This document shows, piece after piece, positions 10,801 to 21,400 of a stretch of DNA of 64,000 nt. The DNA is taken from the NCBI GenBank assembly GCA_963666215.2, contig CAXWPL010000005.1:1184001-1248000 (forward strand). The letters are read 5' to 3'. The notes beneath the pieces are model-generated. The model made no database searches. It was given only the letters and a program-made list of their open reading frames with translations, and had not been told where the DNA came from. This DNA is from Acidobacteriota bacterium (GTDB lineage: Bacteria > Acidobacteriota > UBA890 > WLXD01). Each line of letters begins with the position of its first letter. Position 1 is the stretch's first letter. Both the position numbers and the translations under genes were made by a program.

Positions 10801-10969
10801 CCACACCCCCGACGGTCCGGCTGCCTCGGAACGGCCCTATCGAGCGGTATCGGAGATCTCGATAGAGCGCCGAGTCGTGAAGTTCGAGAGTGTCGCGAAC
10901 GCCCTCCTGCGCCAGCGCGGCGCCCGCAAACAGGAGGACAACGCAGGAAAAAGCCCCTCCACGTCTCAC
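7886..10969 (-). CDS. Secreted VPS10/BNR-repeat beta-propeller protein (glycosyl hydrolase-like)
   Basis: YRSIGPFRGSR start; many Asp-boxes (KSIDGGDTW, TTDGGRSW, KSTDGGSTW, RSDDGGESW); start codon uncertain (GTG at 10969 chosen). Confidence 0.85.
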   Translation of the reverse strand: MRRGGAFSCVVLLFAGAALAQEGVRDTLELHDSALYRDLRYRSIGPFRGSRTVGGVGVPSQPGVFYVGVNNGGAWKTDDFGRTWQPIFDDAPTGSVGDIAVSPSHPNVIYIGSGEGLHRPDLAVGDGIFKSIDGGDTWAHVGLGDVQQVGRIIVHPSDPDVVFVAGLGHPYGPNEERGVFRTTDGGRSWEKVLYINHNTGAIQVELDPTNPQVVYADMWEHREGPWENARFSGTHSGLYKSTDGGSTWRQLTGGLPTGEQGLGRIGVGISRSHPRRLYATVNAREGGGIYRSDDGGESWTPISIDRRLWGRGDDFGEIRVHPRDPDVLFVGNIASYRSDDAGQTWTSIKGAPGGDDYHRIWINPEQPETMLFVADQGATITVNGGRTWSSWYNQPTAQLYHVATDDQFPYWVYGGQQESGAIGTASRGNGGQISFRDWVGIGADEYAYVAPDPLDPDIVFGGRVVRHDKRTGQTQNVSPEALRSGRYRGVRTMPLLFHPADPTMLLFATNVLWKTHTGGNNWEVISPDLSSEQPEVPESIGDFRELGQGDLETMTRRGVIYAVGPSPLDVDTIWAGTDDGLIHVTRSGGARWSDVTPPVLRSWEKISQIDAGHFDIDTAYVAVNAIRRDDMRPHVYRTRDGGATWQKIVRGMHEMGPVNVVREDPKQPGLLFAGTEREIYFSVDDGDSWQSLRLNMPATSIRDLVIHDDDLVVGTHGRSIWILDNFAPLRELAEATSARATFLYSPPPATRVRWNMFSDTPLPPEEPAGENPPDGAILDYVLADLAGEVILEIVDSSGDTIRRFSSADAAEVVDPDTLAHPTYWMRPSQPLSSAPGHHRFIWDLRYTPPSGARRSFSIAAVRGRTPSGPLGPFVHPGDYTVRLTVGGDVRERRLTVAMDPRVEISDDDLRLQTDASVRAYRAYERAQELRDTIDNFVARARLVSGAYESIMALRGLGEPSEPDIVYGSISATPGDRETVVGLQQKLLFVQYLLQSADARPTRQALDALQSLEATAETLSRRWATIRR

Positions 10970-11001
10970 AGACAACAACTCTCGAACTTCAATCCGAGCC
11001 T

Positions 11002-11434
11002 CTACTCGCTGTAGAAGTACGCGCCGGCGACCGACCCGATGCACATCTCGGCGAACGTCCCGATGAGCGTGATGACGGCAGCGCGACCGGTCACAAGCCC
11101 CATCGTGATGAAGAAAACCGCCGGCAGCACGTAGTTACAGGATCCAGACGAACACCGCGGCGCAGACGGCGGTTTTCGGACCGACGCCGCTACGGTCGCG
11201 CAGCACCGCATAGAGCCACATCGTCAGAATCGCCACGACGAATGTCATGCCAACAAACAACGCGATCGTCCCGCCGCCCGGCTCAGGCACGTTCAGCGCC
11301 TCGAACGCGGCCTGGTTCTGCTCGGCGAGCACCCCGTCGTTGAGGATGAATTCGCTGATGGACATCACGACGCCGGCAACGATGCCGCTGATCAGGACCT
11401 TCGAGTTGTTGATCGATGTCATGGAAGCCTTCAT
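11002..11434 (-). CDS. Small multi-pass membrane protein, split by a +1 indel near 11137
   Basis: Two hydrophobic ORF halves join if CTG TAAC TAC is read CTG TAC TAC (..VWILYYVLPAVFF..GAYFYSE). Confidence 0.65.
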
Positions 11435-11611
11435 GCTTGGGGACGATCGCTAATCACTCCGGGGCGACCGACTACGATTCCCTCCGCGGCGCATTTGTAG
11501 CCGACGAGAGCCACCGGCGCCAGGGGACCCCTGCGATCCGTCACACGCCCGCAACCTCCCCCTCCCTTCCGGCGCACGCAAGTGCGGCCGCCTCGCCTAC
11601 TTCCAGGAGCC

Positions 11612-12658
11612 ATGGTGGAGACAACGAAGCTCGACGACGGCAGCGATCCGGCGACGACCGCCGACCTTTTCGACAGGCTCGATGGCCTCGATATCGCCTA
11701 CAGCACCGTCGATCATCAGCCGGTGTTCACCGTTGAGGAGGCGAAAGCGCTGCGTGGGGAGCACTGGCTGTGGATAAAAGGACGACGAACGCCGAATGCC
11801 GACGTCGAGCAAGTGCGCGCCGAGATCGAGGGAATCGCGGCTCGCCTATCGGCCGAGTACTCCGAAACCAACGAGCTCGAGCGCGTGACGGTGCTCGCCA
11901 CGAACGATGTGTCGTTCAACCCGGACTTCGACAGCACCATGATGCCGGCCGGGATGCTCATGCTAGGTGTAGTGGGGTTGGTGCTGCTGGTTGCCTGCGC
12001 CAATCTCGCCAACATGATGCTGGCCCGCGCCGCAAACCGAGCCCGCGAGATCGCCATCCGCGTTGCCCTCGGAGCGGGGCGCGTCCAGCTGGTAGGCCAA
12101 CTCCTCACCGAGAGCGTCGTTCTGGCGCTTGCCGGCGGAGTTTCGGGCATGGTGCTCGCCACCTGGCTGTCTGGTCTTGTCGGGCGGTTCCAACCACCGC
12201 TACCCATAGACGTCACCTTCTCGATGGCGCCGGACTGGCGTGTGCTCCTGTTCACGATGATCGCGGCGGGGATCACCGGCGTGGTGTTCGGTCTGATTCC
12301 GGCACTGCGAGCCTCGCAACCAGACCTGGTTCCGGCGCTCAAAGACACCGGTGAGGGTACGGGTCGCGGCAAGGGAAGGGTGGAGCTGCGCGACGCGCTG
12401 GTTGTCGTACAGGTGGCGGTTTCGATTGTCCTGCTGGTGGCGGGTGCTCTTATGATCCGCAGCCTGGCGGCGGCGCAGCGGGTCAACATGGGCTACGACA
12501 TCGACCGCACCGCCTATCTCGCGCTGGCGATGGAGATGAACGGCTACGACGGCGAACAAGCGGGCGTTTTCTACGAGTCCGGTCGGCTGCGGCTCGAGGC
12601 ACTGCCCGAAGTCGAGGCGGTGGGCCTCACCAGCCGGTCGGTTGGCGCACTCTGGTGA
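11612..12658 (+). pseudogene. Chimeric ORF: YbaK/ProX-type tRNA-editing protein N-terminus fused in frame to an internal ADOP permease fragment
   Basis: AGGAG+ATG; DLFDRLDGLDIAYSTVDHQPVFTVEEAKALRGE then HWLWIKGR..LLVACANLANMMLAR..QVAVSIVLLVAGAL..EAVGLTSR; ends abruptly. Confidence 0.8.
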
Positions 12659-13624
12659 CCGTCGTTTGTGGTCGACCGTCTCGATGGTCTTGATCGTTGC
12701 CGCCAGGCAGTTGCGCGCCGAAAGCCCGCGAACACGATGCGTGGCAACCAGAATGTCGTTGGCCGGAATGCCGATCATCACGTGATCGTCGGCCGGCAAC
12801 TCCGCTCGCAAGACGGAAACCTCCTGGCCGTCGTCGTCGTCGCCCACCCTGAGCGTGGTGGTGTGCTCAGCGTGGGCGATGACCACCGCGGGGAGGATGT
12901 TCTCGAAGCCCTCGGCGGCCGCAGACGTGTAAATGTCAGCCCGCGTGAAGACCTCGGTCGGCTCTCCCTGCGCGATGATCGATCCGTCGCGGAGCGCGAT
13001 GACCTCGTCGCAAAGAGCCTGCAGCTCGATCAGGTTGTGGGAGACGATCACGATCGGGATCTTGAAGCTGTCGCGAACACGAAGCAGGAACGGCAGAATG
13101 CGATGCCGGAGCTGGATGTCGAGCGACGCCAGCGGCTCGTCCATCATGAGCAGGCGCGGCCCCGAACACAGCGCACGCCCGAGAGCCACCCGCTGTCGCT
13201 CGCCGCCAGAGAGCCCGCCAATCGTGCGCTGCAACAGCGGCTCGAGCTCCAGCACCCGCACCACATCAGCGAAAGCGGCGGTGAAGTTATGGCCCTCGCG
13301 GAGCGCGCGGCGCGAGCCGATCTCGAGATTGCGTCTCACATCGTGATGCGGAAACAGAAGGTGATCCTGCGGCACGTAGCCGATGCCGCGGTCCTCAGGC
13401 GGCAGGTTGATTCCCGCATCGCTGTCGAGCCACACCGCGTCACCGCAGCTCAGATACCCCCGCGCGTCGCGTCGCAGACCGGCGATGGTCTCGAGCCACG
13501 TCGTCTTGCCCGAGCCGGAGGGCCCGAAGAGACCCACCACGCGCTGGCTCGTGGTGCACTCCACGTCCAAAGAGAACTTGTCGAGCGGCACGCGCAGGTG
13601 CATGCGGAGCGTGGATCGGCTCAC
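12640..13624 (-). CDS. modC: Molybdate ABC transporter ATPase, 3'-truncated in the TOBE region
   Basis: [49 protein letters not shown]; similarity is lost after IETVDHK and the frame runs on antisense to the ADOP fragment until 12200. Confidence 0.85.
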
Positions 13625-14304
13625 GATTTCTTTCCGCCTGCCAGCTCGGCCCGGGGGCGCGTCAGCCACTCGGTCAGAAAGATCGCGGCAAAACCCACGA
13701 CCAGGGCGACGACGAGCAGGACGTTGCCGCGCTCCCAGTTTCCCGCCGAGTGGGCACTGAAGATCGCCGAAGAGAGCGTCTGCGTACGGCCGGGGATATT
13801 GCCAGCCAGCGTCACGGTGGCCCCGAACTCCCCCATCGCTCGTGTGAACCCGAGAATCATCGAAGCGATCAACCCTCGACCAGCGAGCGGCAGCGTGATG
13901 GTCAAGAAAGTCCGCAGCGGCCCGTAGCCGAGAGTGCGCGCCATCGCCTCGAGGCGCGGGTTCACTTCTTCGAAGCTCACTCGTGCCGTCCGTACCACCA
14001 AGGGCATCGACATGACGCTGCAGGCCACGACGACAGCCTTCCAGGTGAACAGGATGTCGAGATCAAGTCCGAGTGTGGAGCGCCCAAGAGGGCCGCTGTC
14101 CGCTAGCAAGCGCAGCAGCAGGTAACCCACCGCCGTCGGTGGCAGAACCAGCGGCAGACTCACCAACGTGGAGATCACGCTCTTGCCGGTGAATTCGTAG
14201 CGCGCCAGCACATAGGCGAGCAGTCCCCCCGGCACCATCACCACGCACGTCGAGAGCGCGGCCCATAGAACCGTGGAACCGACGACTGTCCAAAGTGTTT
14301 CCAC
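13621..14304 (-). CDS. modB: Molybdate ABC transporter permease
   Basis: [38 protein letters not shown]. Confidence 0.95.
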   Translation of the reverse strand: METLWTVVGSTVLWAALSTCVVMVPGGLLAYVLARYEFTGKSVISTLVSLPLVLPPTAVGYLLLRLLADSGPLGRSTLGLDLDILFTWKAVVVACSVMSMPLVVRTARVSFEEVNPRLEAMARTLGYGPLRTFLTITLPLAGRGLIASMILGFTRAMGEFGATVTLAGNIPGRTQTLSSAIFSAHSAGNWERGNVLLVVALVVGFAAIFLTEWLTRPRAELAGGKKS

Positions 14305-14330
14305 GGTACTTCTCGCCTTGTGCTGTGCCG

Positions 14331-15137
14331 CTAGCTGTCGGACGCCAACGTGAAGCCGTGCTCTGCGAACAGAGCGGCCGCGGCCGGACTGCTCAAGAAG
14401 TCGAGAAAATCCCGCGCCATCGTAGGCCGCTGCGTAGCGTTGACGATCGCCGCGGGATACTGAATTCGAGGTCCGTCTGCCGCGGCAACCTCGTGAATCA
14501 AACGGACGTCGCGCTGTCGCGCGATGTAATCGGTGCGATACACAATGCCGATCACATCGAAGCTACCCTCCACCTGAGCCAATGCCGCGCGCACATCGGG
14601 CGTCGGTGAGAGCCGGCCATCGACCTTGCTCCAAGCACCCTGTCCGTCGGGGCATCCGACTGATTCTAGCCATTGCCTGGCATAACGACCGGCCGGCACG
14701 GAGTCGGGATCGCCGGTGGCAAGAAAGGCGAACGAAAGCTCACAAAGATCGCGGGCCACTTCCATCTCGTAGTCCGAACCGTTGTTGGCAATAACCACGA
14801 GGCTGTTGGACAGGAGCGTGCGGCGTGATCCGTTCAGCAGCCTGTCACCGCGTTCAACTTCGTCCATCCATCGCTCGCTCGCGCTCAGGAACAGATCGGC
14901 GCGGGGAGCGGCCAACAGCTGCTGCGCCAATGCCCCGGAGCTCGCAAAGTTGTAGACGATGTGGACCGAGCTGTCGCGCTCGTAGGCATCGCCGACCGCT
15001 TGGATGACGTCGGTCAGGCTGGCAGCCACAAACAGCGTCAGCGTCGCTGGGTCCGCGCCACTCTCGGACTGGCTGCCGCATCCGAAAACCGACGTCAACA
15101 GGGCGAAAATCGCGATCAGGCGCAGATGTTTCTTCAC
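14331..15137 (-). CDS. modA: Molybdate-binding lipoprotein
   Basis: Lipobox VFGC; [35 protein letters not shown]. Confidence 0.95.
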   Translation of the reverse strand: MKKHLRLIAIFALLTSVFGCGSQSESGADPATLTLFVAASLTDVIQAVGDAYERDSSVHIVYNFASSGALAQQLLAAPRADLFLSASERWMDEVERGDRLLNGSRRTLLSNSLVVIANNGSDYEMEVARDLCELSFAFLATGDPDSVPAGRYARQWLESVGCPDGQGAWSKVDGRLSPTPDVRAALAQVEGSFDVIGIVYRTDYIARQRDVRLIHEVAAADGPRIQYPAAIVNATQRPTMARDFLDFLSSPAAAALFAEHGFTLASDS

Positions 15138-15326
15138 AGGATTCCACGAGCGGCCACGCCGCGCGCGGCCGAAATGACTGGAGCTGCTGAAAACACGGCG
15201 AGTCGCGCTGGCAAGCGCAGCGCGGGCTGCAAAGCCTCAGACGGCCGATCGCTGGACGATCTCATGGCGCCGCGTCGCCGACAAGTTGAGTCGACGAGCC
15301 CCGCGTGCGCTATGCCGCGGCCAGCC

Positions 15327-15740
15327 TCACGCTTTCTGCCTCGCGGCGACCGTCGATGTCTGCCGCTTCCACCGGTACCAACCAATCGTCGAGGCGATGA
15401 GCACGACCGCCAGCGTAAGGGGCACGCGGTTGATCTCACCGTTGAAGAGGTGCGTCAACGTTGCCCCAGCCATGGTGACGGCGATCGTTGCGCCGCCGAA
15501 GGGCGCCAACTTTGGCACCAGGAACAGCAACGCGCCGCCGACCTCGACAATACCGACGATCGGCACCAGAGCCGCGGGCAGTCCCCAGTTGGCGAAGCGA
15601 GTGCCCCATCCCTCGCCGTTGGTGAGCTTGTTGAGACCCGGGCCGAACATCATGAGGGCGACGAGCACCGTGAGCACCCACACGAGACTGATCCCGGCGA
15701 TTTGCTTGGGGCTGCGCTTGGTGAGTCTCGGGTCGCTCAT
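15327..15740 (-). CDS. DoxX-family membrane protein
   Basis: From MSDPRL: GLNKL..FANWGLP..VGIVEVGGALLFLVP..MAGATLTHL. Confidence 0.8.
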   Translation of the reverse strand: MSDPRLTKRSPKQIAGISLVWVLTVLVALMMFGPGLNKLTNGEGWGTRFANWGLPAALVPIVGIVEVGGALLFLVPKLAPFGGATIAVTMAGATLTHLFNGEINRVPLTLAVVLIASTIGWYRWKRQTSTVAARQKA

Positions 15741-15807
15741 CTCGTTCCGTCTCCAAGTGGATCGCGAGCTTGGTGCGGCCGCCGGCGCCGCTACGGGCCT
15801 GCCGGTC

Positions 15808-16593
15808 CTACGATCGCCGGCCGCGGCTGGGAACGTCCACGCGGCCGCCAACGTCGGTGTGGCGAATGCTGCCGCTGCCATCGCGGCGAACCGTGAAGTC
15901 GCCACCGACGCGCTCGACCGTGATATTGCCCGAGCTGTCGGACTCGACGAGAACCGACCCTTCGATGTCGACCACGTGGATGCCACCAGAGCTGTCCTCG
16001 AGCACCACCGAGCGACCGCCACGCACGTCGATGTCGCCGGAGCTGTCGTCAATACGCACGTCACCCATGACGCCGTTGAGCTCGATATCGCCTGAGCTGT
16101 CGTCAATCGAGACGTCGCCGGCCACCTGATCCACCTCGATGTCGCCCGAGCTGTCGTCGATGTTCGCACCAGCGATATTACGCAGCGTCATGTTGCCGCT
16201 GCTGTCGTCGACCTCGAGCATGAGCGACTGTGGCACCGTGATAACCAGGTCGATGCTGGCGTAGTTGGAGCCGCTCCAGCTACGGATCTCGGGAATCTCC
16301 GCCTCGACCTCTACCGTGTCGCCGCGCCGCTCGGTTCGAACCGACATGTCGTCGAGAAGCTCTTCACGACCCGCACAGGCGCGCCCTTCGACGCGGATAT
16401 CCGTCTGCCCAGCCCGGCCCTCGATCTGGAGATCACCGGCGCGCGCGCTGATGTGCGCCAAGCCGGCGCCCGACACGTCGATGGTCTCGTTGATGTCTTT
16501 GGAGTGCGCGCAACGGTTCTGCGCTTCGGCCGTTGCCACGCTCCAGGCACCAACCAGGACCAACGCTACGCTCAGGCTCAGGGCTCTTTTCAC
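15808..16593 (-). CDS. Secreted DUF4097/adhesin-like beta-strand repeat protein
   Basis: GGAGG RBS + GTG, signal peptide, repeated (I/V)DDSSGDI units about every 18-19 aa. Confidence 0.8.
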   Translation of the reverse strand: MKRALSLSVALVLVGAWSVATAEAQNRCAHSKDINETIDVSGAGLAHISARAGDLQIEGRAGQTDIRVEGRACAGREELLDDMSVRTERRGDTVEVEAEIPEIRSWSGSNYASIDLVITVPQSLMLEVDDSSGNMTLRNIAGANIDDSSGDIEVDQVAGDVSIDDSSGDIELNGVMGDVRIDDSSGDIDVRGGRSVVLEDSSGGIHVVDIEGSVLVESDSSGNITVERVGGDFTVRRDGSGSIRHTDVGGRVDVPSRGRRS

Positions 16594-16711
16594 TGTGTTT
16601 CCTCCGCGGGGTGTGTCGAGGGAGAACGGGCCGGCCCTCTCTGCCAACGTGGGGTGAGACGATGGAGGTTGGATAATTACTGAGCAAGAGGGCGAGGTCG
16701 GAGACACAAGA

Positions 16712-17203
16712 ATGTCGGAGTTGAGCAACAGCGGTGCAGGAGATCACGAGGCCACCGGACGTCCGGTGCAGGGAGCCGGAGGCGACCGAAAGCGGACGTC
16801 GCGCGAGCCCGCGGTCCCGGCCCCCGACCCCCAGTTGGTCGAGCGACCACGGCGCCGCAAGTTCACCGCCGAGTACAAGGTCCGGGTGGTACGCGAGGCG
16901 GACGGGTGCTCGAAGCCCGGCGAGGTCGGCGCGCTGCTGCGGCGCGAGGGGCTGTACTCGTCGCATCTGTCGGTGTGGCGTAAGCAGCGTGGCGCCGGGG
17001 CATTGGTGGCGCTGGCTAAGCCACGCGGCCGGCCGGCGCCCGATCCCCGAGACGCGCAGCTTGCCAACCTGCGTCGCCGAGCCGAGCGGGCCGAGGCGGA
17101 GCTCGAGAAGGCACGGCGAGTAATCGAGGTGCAGGGAAACGTCTCCGCGCTTCTGGGAGAGCTGCTCGAGCCCAGGGGCGCCAACGCGACTACCAAGCGA
17201 TGA
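16712..17203 (+). CDS. IS3-family transposase OrfA (HTH)
   Basis: RRRKFTAEYKVRVVREAD..GALLRREGLYSSHLSVWR followed by a coiled coil. Confidence 0.9.
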   Translation: MSELSNSGAGDHEATGRPVQGAGGDRKRTSREPAVPAPDPQLVERPRRRKFTAEYKVRVVREADGCSKPGEVGALLRREGLYSSHLSVWRKQRGAGALVALAKPRGRPAPDPRDAQLANLRRRAERAEAELEKARRVIEVQGNVSALLGELLEPRGANATTKR

Positions 17204-18204
17204 TCGAGCAAACCGTCGAACAACTCACTCCCATCATCGGGACTCGCCCGGCGTGCCGGACGCTGGGCGCCTCGCACGCGACGATCTACCGCCGCCGCCG
17301 GCCGCCTGCGCGCCGACCGAGCCGTCCGCGGCCCAAGCCGGCGAGGGCGCTGTCGGAGCCTGAACGTCACGAGGTGCTCGCCGAGTTGCATAGTGAGCGC
17401 TTCGTCGACTGCGCTCCTGCCCAGGTATGGGCGACGCTGCTGGACGAAGGCCGCTACCTGGCATCGGAGCGCACGATGTACCGGATCCTCGCCGCCCAGG
17501 GCGAGGGCGGCGAGCGGCGCAACCAGCTCGTGCACCCGCCCTACAACAAGCCCGAGCTGCTCGCCGAGCGAGTCAATGAGGTGTGGTCGTGGGACATATC
17601 CAAACTGCGAGGCCCTGCCAAGTGGACCTACTTCTACCTGTACGTCATCCTCGACGTGTTCAGCCGCTACGTGGTGGGCTGGACTCTCCAGCACCGCGAG
17701 AGCGGTCCCTTGGCCGAGCAGCTCATCGACCAGGCGCTGCTCCAGCAACGCATCGGACCTGATCAGCTCACCATCCACGCCGACCGCGGCAGCTCGATGA
17801 CCTCCAAGCCGGTCGCCTTCCTGCTCGCCGATCTCGGGGGCACCAAGACACACTCGCGGCCCTACACTTCGTCGGACAATCCCTACTCGGAGGCCCACTT
17901 CAGGACGCTCAAGTACCGGCCCGAGTTCCCTGCTCGCTTCGAGTCGATCGAACACGCCCGTCTCTTTTGCCGCATGTTCTTCCACTGGTACAACCACCAG
18001 CATCGCCACTCGGGCATCGGCCTGATGACTCCGGCGACGGTGCAGTATGGGCTCGCCTAGCAGACCCGCGATCGGCGTGCCGAAGTCCTGCTGGCCGCCT
18101 ACCGGGCGCGACCTGAGCGCTTCGTCAACCACCCGCCCCGACCGCCGGCGATCCCCACCGCCGTCTGGATCAACAAGCCTGCCACCCTCGAGAATGCTCA
18201 CTAA
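17200..18204 (+). pseudogene. IS3-family DDE transposase OrfB with a premature TAG at 18058-18060
   Basis: WSWDISKL, ILDVFSRYVVGW, IHADRGS, DNPYSEAHF; frame continues past TAG (..AAYRARPERF..VWINKP..) to TAA at 18204. Confidence 0.85.
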
Positions 18205-18332
18205 TTACTCGTGACCACCGTCTCATCCGCGTTGACAGGCACCGCGGCTCTGACTAGATAGACGTCACGAATCCACCGCAGGTTTCGCAAGACCGTCATC
18301 TTCATCGGCCGGCCCGCCACCGAGTGGCCGCA

Positions 18333-18479
18333 GGCGTGGGGCGAGAGGCATCTCTCGTAGCGAGGCTCGCACGTGTCGGCCGCGCATCGGCACCGCACAT
18401 CTCATCAGGCCAGACCGTCCTGATCGGCAACCTACGTCCCCGCGCGTCCCGCCCAGAGGGATGCCTCTCGCCCCACGCC
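18333..18479. repeat. 147-bp unit bounded by 24-bp inverted repeats (23/24 match)
   Basis: GGCGTGGGGCGAGAGGCATCTCTC (18333-18356) versus GAGGGATGCCTCTCGCCCCACGCC (18456-18479). Confidence 0.75.
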
Positions 18480-18487
18480 GTCCCCCT

Positions 18488-21400
18488 CTACTGCCGCACC
18501 CGAATCGGATACGCCGGCTTCGCCGGATCGTACGGCGGATTCGCCTCGAGCTCCGCCAAGGCGATCTCGATCGCCTTCTCGAGCTGCGGATCGCGCCCGG
18601 CAATAACGTCGGCCGGCCACTGCTCAACCTCGACATCCGGCGGTACACCGACGTTCTCCACCACGAAGCCGTCCTCGGTCCAGATGGCGAGATTCGGCGC
18701 CGTGATCACGCCGCCGTCCATCAGCACGGGGAAGCCGAGCGTGCCCACCAGGCCGCCCCACGTTCGCTTGCCCACGAGAGTCCCGAGCTCCAGCTTGTGG
18801 AACATCCAGGGAAGCAGGTCGCCGCCCGAGCCCGCCGTCTCATCGATCAGCATGACCTTGGGGCCCTGGATCGAGTGCACGGGCGTCTTGAAGTCCTGTC
18901 CGTAGCGGGTCGCCCAATGGCTGATGTAGGGACGGCGCAGCAGGTCGATGTAGTAGTCGGCCACCTGGCCGCCGCCGTTGAAGAACTCGTCGACGATGAT
19001 CGCGTCTTTGTGTGCCTGCGGGAAGAAATAGCGCTTGAAGTAAGTGTGGCCGAGCCCGGCCGTGTTGGGCACGTAGACGTAGGCAACGCGTCCGTTTGTA
19101 GCGGCGTCGACCTTGGCGATGTTGCCCTCCACCCAGTCACGATTTCGCAGTGCCACCTCCGACGCGATCGGAACCACCTGCGCGGTGCGCGAGCCCTCGT
19201 AGGTGGGGTTGGGGCCAAGTGTGATCTCGACGATCTGGTCGGTTGTGTTCTCAAAGCGCGAGTGCGGATTCTCGGCAGACGTCAGGTCGAGGCCATTGAC
19301 GGCCAAGAGGTACTCGCCGGCGACAGCGTCCACCCCCGGCTCTGTTAGAGGAGCCCGGAGCTCGGGGTTCCAGTTGAGGCCGCCGAAGACCTTGGCGAAG
19401 CGGTAGCGCCCGTTCGCGACCTCGTAGTCGGCGCCAAGAAGACCACCGGGAATCCGGTCGGCCTGCACCAACGTGTCGCCGCCACCGTTGCGGTGATGGC
19501 CAACCGACAGCTCCGACGACATCCACTGGAGGACGCGATTCAGATCGCCGCGCGTTGTGAGGTGGTCGAGGAACTCGGAGTACTTCTCGCCCATCGCGTC
19601 CCAGTCGGCACCGTGGAAGTTCGGGTCGTAGAAGTAGTCGCGGTTGATCCGCCAGGCTTCGCGATAGATCTGCTGCCACTCGGCAACTGGGTCGATGCGC
19701 ACTCGCACCGCGTCGACGTCGAGCTTGCCCTTGCTCGGATCGATCTCGCCGCTGGAGCCGGCGATCACCCAAGTGCCGCCAGGCATGACGGCCAGAAGCT
19801 TGTTACCGTCGGCCGAAAGCTCGTAACCCAACACGCCGTCGGCGAGCGTCGTCTCCTCGCGCGAGCCGAGGTCGTACTTCCGCAAGCTGCCCGGACCGAA
19901 GCCCCCGAAGCCGCCCGCTGCATCGCGCCTCAGGTAATAAATCTGCCCATCGGCACCGGCCTCGAGGCTGTCGTAGCCGGCAGCGTCGAGCGGCATCGCG
20001 ACGATGCGCTGGTCGAGGTGATCGAAGTCGATGATGAGTGGCTGGCCGCCGGACTCCTCCCCAGGACTCTCCTCCTCCAGGTCGGCCGCGTCGGAAGTAT
20101 CGCCCGCATCACCGGCCGAGGGTTCGTCGACAACCACTTCCTCGTCGCTCTCGGCTTTGAACGGTGAGTCGACGCCCTTCTGCAGAACGGCCACATAGAT
20201 GTTGTTGGTGGCCTGCATGTCGGCGTTCGACATCGCGAACCACTGCCGCACCGGACCGGCATCGGTCGAGCTGATGAAGTAGAGGTACTTGCCGGAACCA
20301 TCGAAGACCGGGGAGTAGGCGTCGGACAGCCCATCGGTTACCGGGTAGGAACGGTTTTCCGCGAGCGAGTACACCCAGACGCGCCGGAAATCAGCTTCGG
20401 TGGCCTGCGTGTAGGCGATCCAACCCGAGTCGGACGACCAGCTGCCCGAGATCGTCTTGAAGGGTCCGTAGTACGGCTCGGTGGCGAGCTTGCGCGTGGT
20501 GCCGGACTCGACGTCGACAAGAAACAGGCCCCACGAGTTGTCGGTGTAGGCAATGTGCTTCGAATCGGGCGACCAGTGGATGTCCTCGTAAAACCCGGCG
20601 CCGTCGACGGCGATCGAGCGCCGCTCTTCGGCGCCCATCTGATCGATGATGCGCAACTGGTACTCGCCGCCCTCGTCGGAGAACCAGGCGATCGACTTAC
20701 CGTCGGGCGACCACGCCGGCGAACGATCGTGAACGTCTGCAGATCGCGTCAAATTGCGCGGCGTGCCCTTTTCGGCCGGCACGGTGATGATCTCGCCACG
20801 GAACTCGACCACAGCGCGGGAGCCGCTCGGCGAGATGTCGCCGTTGCGAATGTATTGGCTGCCGCTGACCCAGCGGGGGCGGCGCTCGATGAGATCAGCC
20901 GGCACACCAATCGCCAGCCTGCTCCCCATCGTCGTGTCGGTGGCCGGGTCGTAGCGATACAGCCAGCCAGCTTGCTCGTAGACGATCTCGCTGACGCTCG
21001 ATGAGGCGCTGAGCACCGGGAAGTCGGCGTGAGCGGTGCGCTGGCTGACCTGGCTCGAGCTCGGATCGAACGAGAAGACATTGAACTCACCGTTGCGGTC
21101 GGAGCGGAAGTAGAGCGTTTCGCCGATCCACATCGGGTCGGTGTCGTTGCTGCGGCCCTCGGGCTGCGGAACCTGTTGAACAGAGCTGTCGGCGACGTCG
21201 TAAATCCAGATTCTGCTGACGGTGCCGCCACGGTAGTTCTTCCACTGGTTCATGCGCTCGCCCAGAGGCGTGTAGGCGATCTTGGAGCCGTCGGGCGAGT
21301 AGGCGGCCTTCCATGCGTTCGGTATCGGAAGCTTGTCGGGCATGCCGCCATCCACGCTCACCGTGAAGAGCTGGAAGTAGCGGTTTGTATGGACAGAGCG

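Larger units (their letters stand above)
16642..18237 (+). mobile_element. IS3-family insertion sequence (~1.6 kb)
   Basis: Left end TGCCAACGTGGGGTGAGACGATGG, right end reverse complement TGTCAACGCGGATGAGACGGTGG; TG..CA termini; orfA/orfB inside; no target duplication seen. Confidence 0.88.

Noticed and set aside
15138-15326. Possible Moco riboswitch or ModE box upstream of modA
   Set aside because: I could not find the conserved elements I recall for either; an Rfam/Infernal scan would be needed
15880-16215. Regularly spaced GAGCTGTCGTC repeats as a possible CRISPR-like array
   Set aside because: They encode the DDSSG units of the DUF4097 protein; repeats are short and spacers are coding
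16744-18201. 485-aa minus-strand ORF across the IS, and other long overlapping ORFs (e.g. 9569-11014, 37561-38919, 24854-26110)
   Set aside because: Antisense shadows expected at high GC; no motifs, and the opposite strand carries recognisable genes
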